Positions 58,081 to 64,000 of a DNA stretch of 64,000 nucleotides are shown piece by piece. The notes under the pieces are model-generated. The model worked only from the letters and a program-made list of their open reading frames with translations, searched no databases and was not told where the DNA came from. Each line of letters starts with the position of its first letter. Positions within the stretch are counted from its first letter, which is position 1. Source of the stretch: Octopus vulgaris (Eukaryota); NCBI GenBank assembly GCA_951406725.2, contig OX597827.1, forward strand, positions 73,036,001 to 73,100,000, read 5' to 3'. Made by a program: the position numbers and the translations under genes.

Positions 58081-59514
58081 CTACCCGGTTCGGTAATGAA
58101 TAAGCTAGTCTACTCTTTCTAATGTACCAGCCATCATTTATTATTTCGTTTTATTATGTGTGGGTATTGGTCTCTTATTTCTAATCTTATATATTCTAAA
58201 TCTTACACCCCACATATCACTACTTCTCTCGTATCTTCCAATTTTCATCACAACTATAGATTTCACCAGTTTTACTCATAACTATATTTTCTTAATAGTT
58301 AACTATTACATCGCTCCCATCAACTACAGTTCCGTTAATAACATGTGTTTTAAAATCCTTTTTCTCCTGTTTTCTTATTTCTCTTTCTTCCTACATTCTT
58401 TTACAATGTATAATATACAACTTTTGTAAGTATTTGTACTCTTGCTTATACTACTGTTCACCTCTTATTTACAATATTCTCTTTTAACATTTACGGTGAC
58501 AAACCTTAAGGGTCTGATATAGTTTAAATGCAAATTAGGTATCACTGGTTTCTGTCATTCTCATTAAATAATTTAATTACAATGAATTAATTACTCGTAT
58601 CAATGTTGTAATTGTTCGTTACATCTATATCCTATCGTCCCCTTATATATATTTATTCTTATCTTTATCGTTAATAAAACAAAAACTTTTATCATACCTT
58701 ATCATACAAGGTAATATTATTTAATGATTTTTTTTAAAATTCGAAAGCTTAAAAATTAAAATTAAAATTAAAACTTGTAGCTTTGGTTTACAACCCTTTT
58801 CTCTGCTTAACACAATGTGACATAATGTAAAAGAAAAATCGTAAAAGACCTGAAAATTATAAATTCGGATTACAATTTGTTATTCTGTTTCAGTAACTGA
58901 ATCCTTTAATTCTTTTATTGATTTTGATATTATTAAGTAAAGCCAATAATACAGATTTAATCTGTATACTATGATCCTTAAAGCATCTCTTTAACTTTGA
59001 TTCTAGTTCTTTCTGACTTAGAATTTTTATTACTAATCTTTTTCATACTTTAACCCTTTCACACATACAAACCATTTTTCATTCAAGTTACTTGATATAG
59101 CCATACTCAATCTAATGGTTTGATTCTCTCCTCTCGATGATGTTGACTGATAAATTTAATTAGCACCATCTTAAAAAACTGATCGTTCTTTCACTCATTC
59201 ATTTATTTGATTCATTTGGTTGTTTTTGTTTTGTTTTTTTATCTAACAATCCTCCTCCTTCTTCCATTTATCTCTCATCTCTTTTTAAAATTGTCCCAAT
59301 GCAATGACGCCATCAGGTCTCTCTCTCTGTTATCCTAAAAAACACAGTCCTCTCTAATTTGATGCGAAATTCTCCATTCACCTCATCTCCTACTCAATTT
59401 GTGCTGCACCACATTTTTTACACCCCAAGTAATTCAAAGCTTACTGACAAACCAACTGGCAGACAAATCGCACAACTAATCTTGATCCTATAATAATTTT
59501 TACCTTATGACGTA

Positions 59515-59613
<99 letters not shown>

Positions 59614-59618
59614 ATATC

Positions 59619-59773
59619 CTTTATTTAAAGCAGCAGAAAATTCAACAAAACCTGTTACTCTGAGTTTCCCGTTGCCGTTCATCGGACAATTTTTGCTAGA
59701 AACTGTCCGATGAACGGCAACGGGAAACTCAGAGTAACAGGTTTTGTTGAATTTTCTGCTGCTTTAAATAAAG
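59619..59773. repeat. Palindrome, 70-bp perfect arms with 15-nt loop, hammerhead variant in each arm
   Basis: 59619-59688 is the reverse complement of 59704-59773. Confidence 0.95.
59703..59740 (+). ncRNA. Hammerhead variant with CCGATGA core
   Basis: Stem I ctgt/acag, CCGATGA 59707-59713, stem II cg-GCAA-cg, GAAA 59724-59727, stem III ct-cag-ag, GTA 59734-59736. Confidence 0.65.
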
Positions 59774-61015
59774 CATATTACTCTACCACTGGTATTTGAG
59801 TACTCTTTTTTCCACCTTGTTTCACATTTATGTATTTACTCCGGTATATATATATATATATCGATAGATAGTACATAAATATGTATACATACATATACAT
59901 ATACAAGCTTAGACCCGTATAGACATCAAAACCTGCAAGATATGTCCCAACTGCTTGCTAAAAAGTGAACTCCTTTAAAGCAACTCGTGAAAGCTACCCC
60001 AACAAAAGCACCATATATTTTTCCTTGCGGTGGGTTTGTGGATTTAAGTCAGGCAATGAATTAAGAGTTCTTTTCGATGCGGCCAAGACTTGGACTGTGA
60101 AGTCTTGCTGACACATACAGCAGACTTCAGTTAAGGTCTCAAAATATCGCATGGCGTGTGCACATGACCAAAAGAGATTTATGGATATACTCCAGCCACC
60201 TCTATTATTGTTATGCAGTGTAGTTATGCTAGCCATTACTAGCATGATGACTATCAAGCTGCATCAAATGTTGTATTTTTAAAAGTGGAAAAATCGTTTA
60301 TATTCTGAGTTCAAATGCCGTCGAGGTAGTCTTTGCCTTTCGTCTTTTCAGTATCGATGACATAAGAATCTGTCGAACACTAGCATCGATGTAATCAACT
60401 CCCCACCTCTTTAAAGTTACTGAACTTGTGCTAGAATCAGAAGGAACATTCTGGAAACATCTATACGCGGATAAAGGATGCAGGGCGCTGATTCTAATTG
60501 ATGTTACTGGAAGACATACCGACGGCTACATCACGAAACTGCGTGCCAGTAAAACTAATGAGGGAGACAGACTTTTGGTGAGACGTGCGAAATACATGTG
60601 GGTTACAATAGATTGGAGAAGATTAGTCTACCCAACGAATTCGAGAATTTTCTTCGCAGCAAGCTTCCGAACAGTTTCCATCTATCAAATTTCACTCAAG
60701 GCTTGGATTGATCCGACGCTACGGTAGAAAAAATAAATTTGCTCAACGTTTAATGATCGGTTGATAGTTTGTTGAAACGGCAGCACTTATTTGCATTTGC
60801 ATTAACCCTGGAGGCTGAAGCTAAGAGATGCTAATAATTTGTCCAACATCTCAGTTCGAAGAAATATAGTGTAGCTTATAAATGAAAAGAAAAGAATTTT
60901 AAAAGATTCAAAAACTCAAGAATCGAAATAAATTATTAGAAAATGAGTTTGAAAGAGATAGAGATAGATAGATAGATAGATAGATAGAGATAGGTAGATA
61001 GATAGATAGATAGAT

Positions 61016-61077
<62 letters not shown>

Positions 61078-61177
61078 GAACAAAAACTAACGTGTCGCAT
61101 ACTGCGAATAGTTTAAAGATTGGATGCTTAAAATCAATATTAAAGGTTGCAAATGTCGAATTTGTAACAAATTAATA

Positions 61178-61229
<52 letters not shown>

Positions 61230-61256
61230 AAATATATATATGTATATGTATATATA

Positions 61257-61290
<34 letters not shown>

Positions 61291-61822
61291 AATATATATA
61301 TATGCATATATATTCATGTATAGAAATATGCATATATGTGTATATATATATATATGTATACATATATTCGTATGTGCATAAAATTCTGAATGTAAACACA
61401 TACATATATTGTTATATATATATATATAACTTAGGTATGTATAATATATATCTAATGTATATGATAAATGATATAATATACATATGTATGTATACACACG
61501 CACTTATATACATATATCGATATTTTTGAGTCTCTAAATATATATCGATACTTACATACATACATATACACATATATGTATATGTGTGTGTGTGTGTATG
61601 TGAGTTTACACACACTCACGCACGTATACATAAGAAAGCATATATATATATATATATATATATACAAACACCCTTTCTCATTGACGTATATAAATATATA
61701 TATATATATCTATGAATTTATACCTATATATACTTATGTGTATATTTATGTATTTATATATATGCATGTATGTATATGTATATGTGTGTTTGTGTGTGAA
61801 TAAGTATACATATATATAATAT

Positions 61823-61907
<85 letters not shown>

Positions 61908-62254
61908 CATACATATATACATACACATACATATTTGTCTTTAAATATATTATGTATACGTATTTGTATAAACGCGCTTACACACATATTGGTAGATATA
62001 TGAATATGTGCGCTGTATGTGTGTGTGTCTGTGTGTGTGGCTGCGTGCGCGAGTTTTTATTGGTTTTATTCCACTTCAGAATGTTGCTTAAGAAAATCGC
62101 CAACAATGCAAGGGATCAGATCAGATGTCTTTGGAGCCATTTAAATGCAAATGTTAGTGAGCGAGAGACATAATGTTTTATTCGGAGATTGGCAGCAGAT
62201 AAATCCTGAGCACACCTTCTGAAATTTTGCTTTGCAACAGATGTCGTATAAGAG

Positions 62255-63085
62255 GTTACGGCGGCGGAGGTTGTGGCGGCGGAGGTAGCGTTGAGGTGTG
62301 TGTGTGTGGGGTGGTGGTGTAACGATGCTGTATGTAGTGGTTGTGGTGGTGGTTGTGGTGGTGGTTGTGGTGGTGGTGGTGCTGGGATGTTTTTGCGCGG
62401 TGTTTGTGATAGTAGAGTCTGTGACAATGATGGTGGTGGTGGTGGTGGTGGTGTTTGTGGTGATGATGGTATCGGTTGTGGTGGTTGTGGTTGTAGTAGT
62501 ATGACGTTTGTCGCAGTGTTTGTGATGTTGTAGTTTGTGGCAGTGGTGGTGGGGGTTGTGGTGGAGGTGATGGTGGTGGAATGTTTGCAGCGATGTTTTT
62601 GATGGTAGAGACTGTGGCAGTGGTGGTGGTGGTGTGGGTGATGCTGATGATGGTGGTTGTTGTGGCGATGGTGGTGGTGCGGGTGCATGTTGTGTTGTTT
62701 GTGGTGGTGGTGGTGGTAATTTGGTGGTAGTGTTTGAGGCGGTGATTATGGTGGTGGGGAAGGTGATGATGATGGAGGAGTTAATGGTCGTGATGTTTTG
62801 GGTGGTGGTAGTTGCAATGGTGGTGGTAGTGTTTGTGGTGGTGGTGGTGATGGTGGTGAGGTTGTTAGTGGTCGTAATGTTTAGTGCTAGTCGTGGTAAT
62901 TGTAGTGGTCGTAGAGGTGTTGATGGTGGTTGCTGGTGGTTGTGGTGGTGGTGGTGGTATTAGTTGTGGGGATGTAGTTTTGGTGATGGTGTTCCTGGTT
63001 GTTGTGGTGGTCCTGGCTGGAGCTGAAGTGGTTTTGTTGTTGTTGTTGTTGTTGCTGGTGGTGCTGGCAGTAGTGGTGATGCATC
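62255..63085. repeat. Degenerate (GGT)n low-complexity tract
   Basis: Direct observation. Confidence 0.9.
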
Positions 63086-64000
63086 AATAGCGAGAGAGGA
63101 AGGTGGATGTTGAGGGAGAGGACAGGAATAATAAAAGAGTATCTGAGTGAAAGGGAGGAGGAGGAGGAGGAGGAGGAGAAACGAGGGAAATAGTGAGAGA
63201 GTGTGTGCGAGAAAAGGGGGTAAAAAGAGGAGTAGGAGGATTTTGAGGAGAATGTTCTGTGCGGACCATAAAAACATTAACGTAATTATTCAGTTAGGAT
63301 TCGAAACAAATAGAATAAATAAATAAATAAACAAATAGAATAAATAAATAAATAAATAAATGAAAAATGAATAAAGGAAACATAAATAAATAGATAAATA
63401 ATGAGCGACAATAAAATTAAAGAAAGATATAAAGATATAGAATATAAAATAATCAGAATAAAAATTATAAAATGACAAAACAAAAAAAAAAAAAAACCCC
63501 GCAAAAATGAAATATTGAAATTTTCTTAACTACAGTTTCAATAAGTTGTGTATGTGGTTGTGTATGAGCGTTTGTGCGTATACATCCATCCGTCCATCTA
63601 TCCATCCATCCACCCATCCATCCATACATCCATCCATACATACATACATACGTACGTATGTGCATGTACGTATGTCATTGTTCAGTTTTATTTCAAGATT
63701 TCTTGCCAATAGAGAAAGAGCCGGTTTCCAACCTAGATCTAAGGCGCCTTCATTGGAATTTCAACATCAACAACGGTATTTTTGCGTTTATACATGTATG
63801 TCAATATGTATGCACGTATGTATGTATCTATGCATGCATATGTAAAGCTTTGTATGTTTTGTTTTATGTATGTATTTTCATGCATATAGCTACATATCTA
63901 GACATGCTCATATATATTTAAATGATAAGCTTCTGGAAAGTTTTACAAAATTTTACAGTTCCAGTGATGGATTGGATCTGTAGTCTTCAAATTAGCTCTC

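Noticed and set aside
62116-63090. Pro/His- and Gly/Cys-rich ORFs resembling structural proteins
   Set aside because: Degenerate (GGT)n tract; all frames similarly low-complexity, no gene structure

Overview
Repeat-saturated eukaryotic DNA, most likely an octopus/coleoid cephalopod genome (inferred from the tRNA-derived SINE families and extreme TA/CA/TACA/TCTA/AAT microsatellite load). Nearly all ORFs in the supplied track are microsatellite artefacts. One real gene can be built on the minus strand from four phase-compatible coding exons (32560-32201, 30976-30832, 28168-27871, 25120-23491; 810 aa): signal peptide + leucine-rich-repeat domain + long basic tail with a 42-aa duplication and dibasic/furin-like sites each followed by a Q..W helix; a third such unit survives in frame in the 3' UTR. 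The most striking non-coding signal is a set of type I hammerhead-ribozyme motifs from several unrelated short repeat families, often arranged as long palindromes/inverted repeats beside (TA)n tracts, consistent with Penelope-like retroelement ends or retrozyme-like elements. Also present: Tc1 and mariner relics and MITEs, CR1/L2-, Tx1-, RTE- and R4/Dong-type LINE fragments each sitting in a different microsatellite type, a decayed LRR pseudogene, a possible Mind-bomb-like relic, and an orphan TATA/Inr promoter with a splice donor. All calls are by eye; no database search was run.
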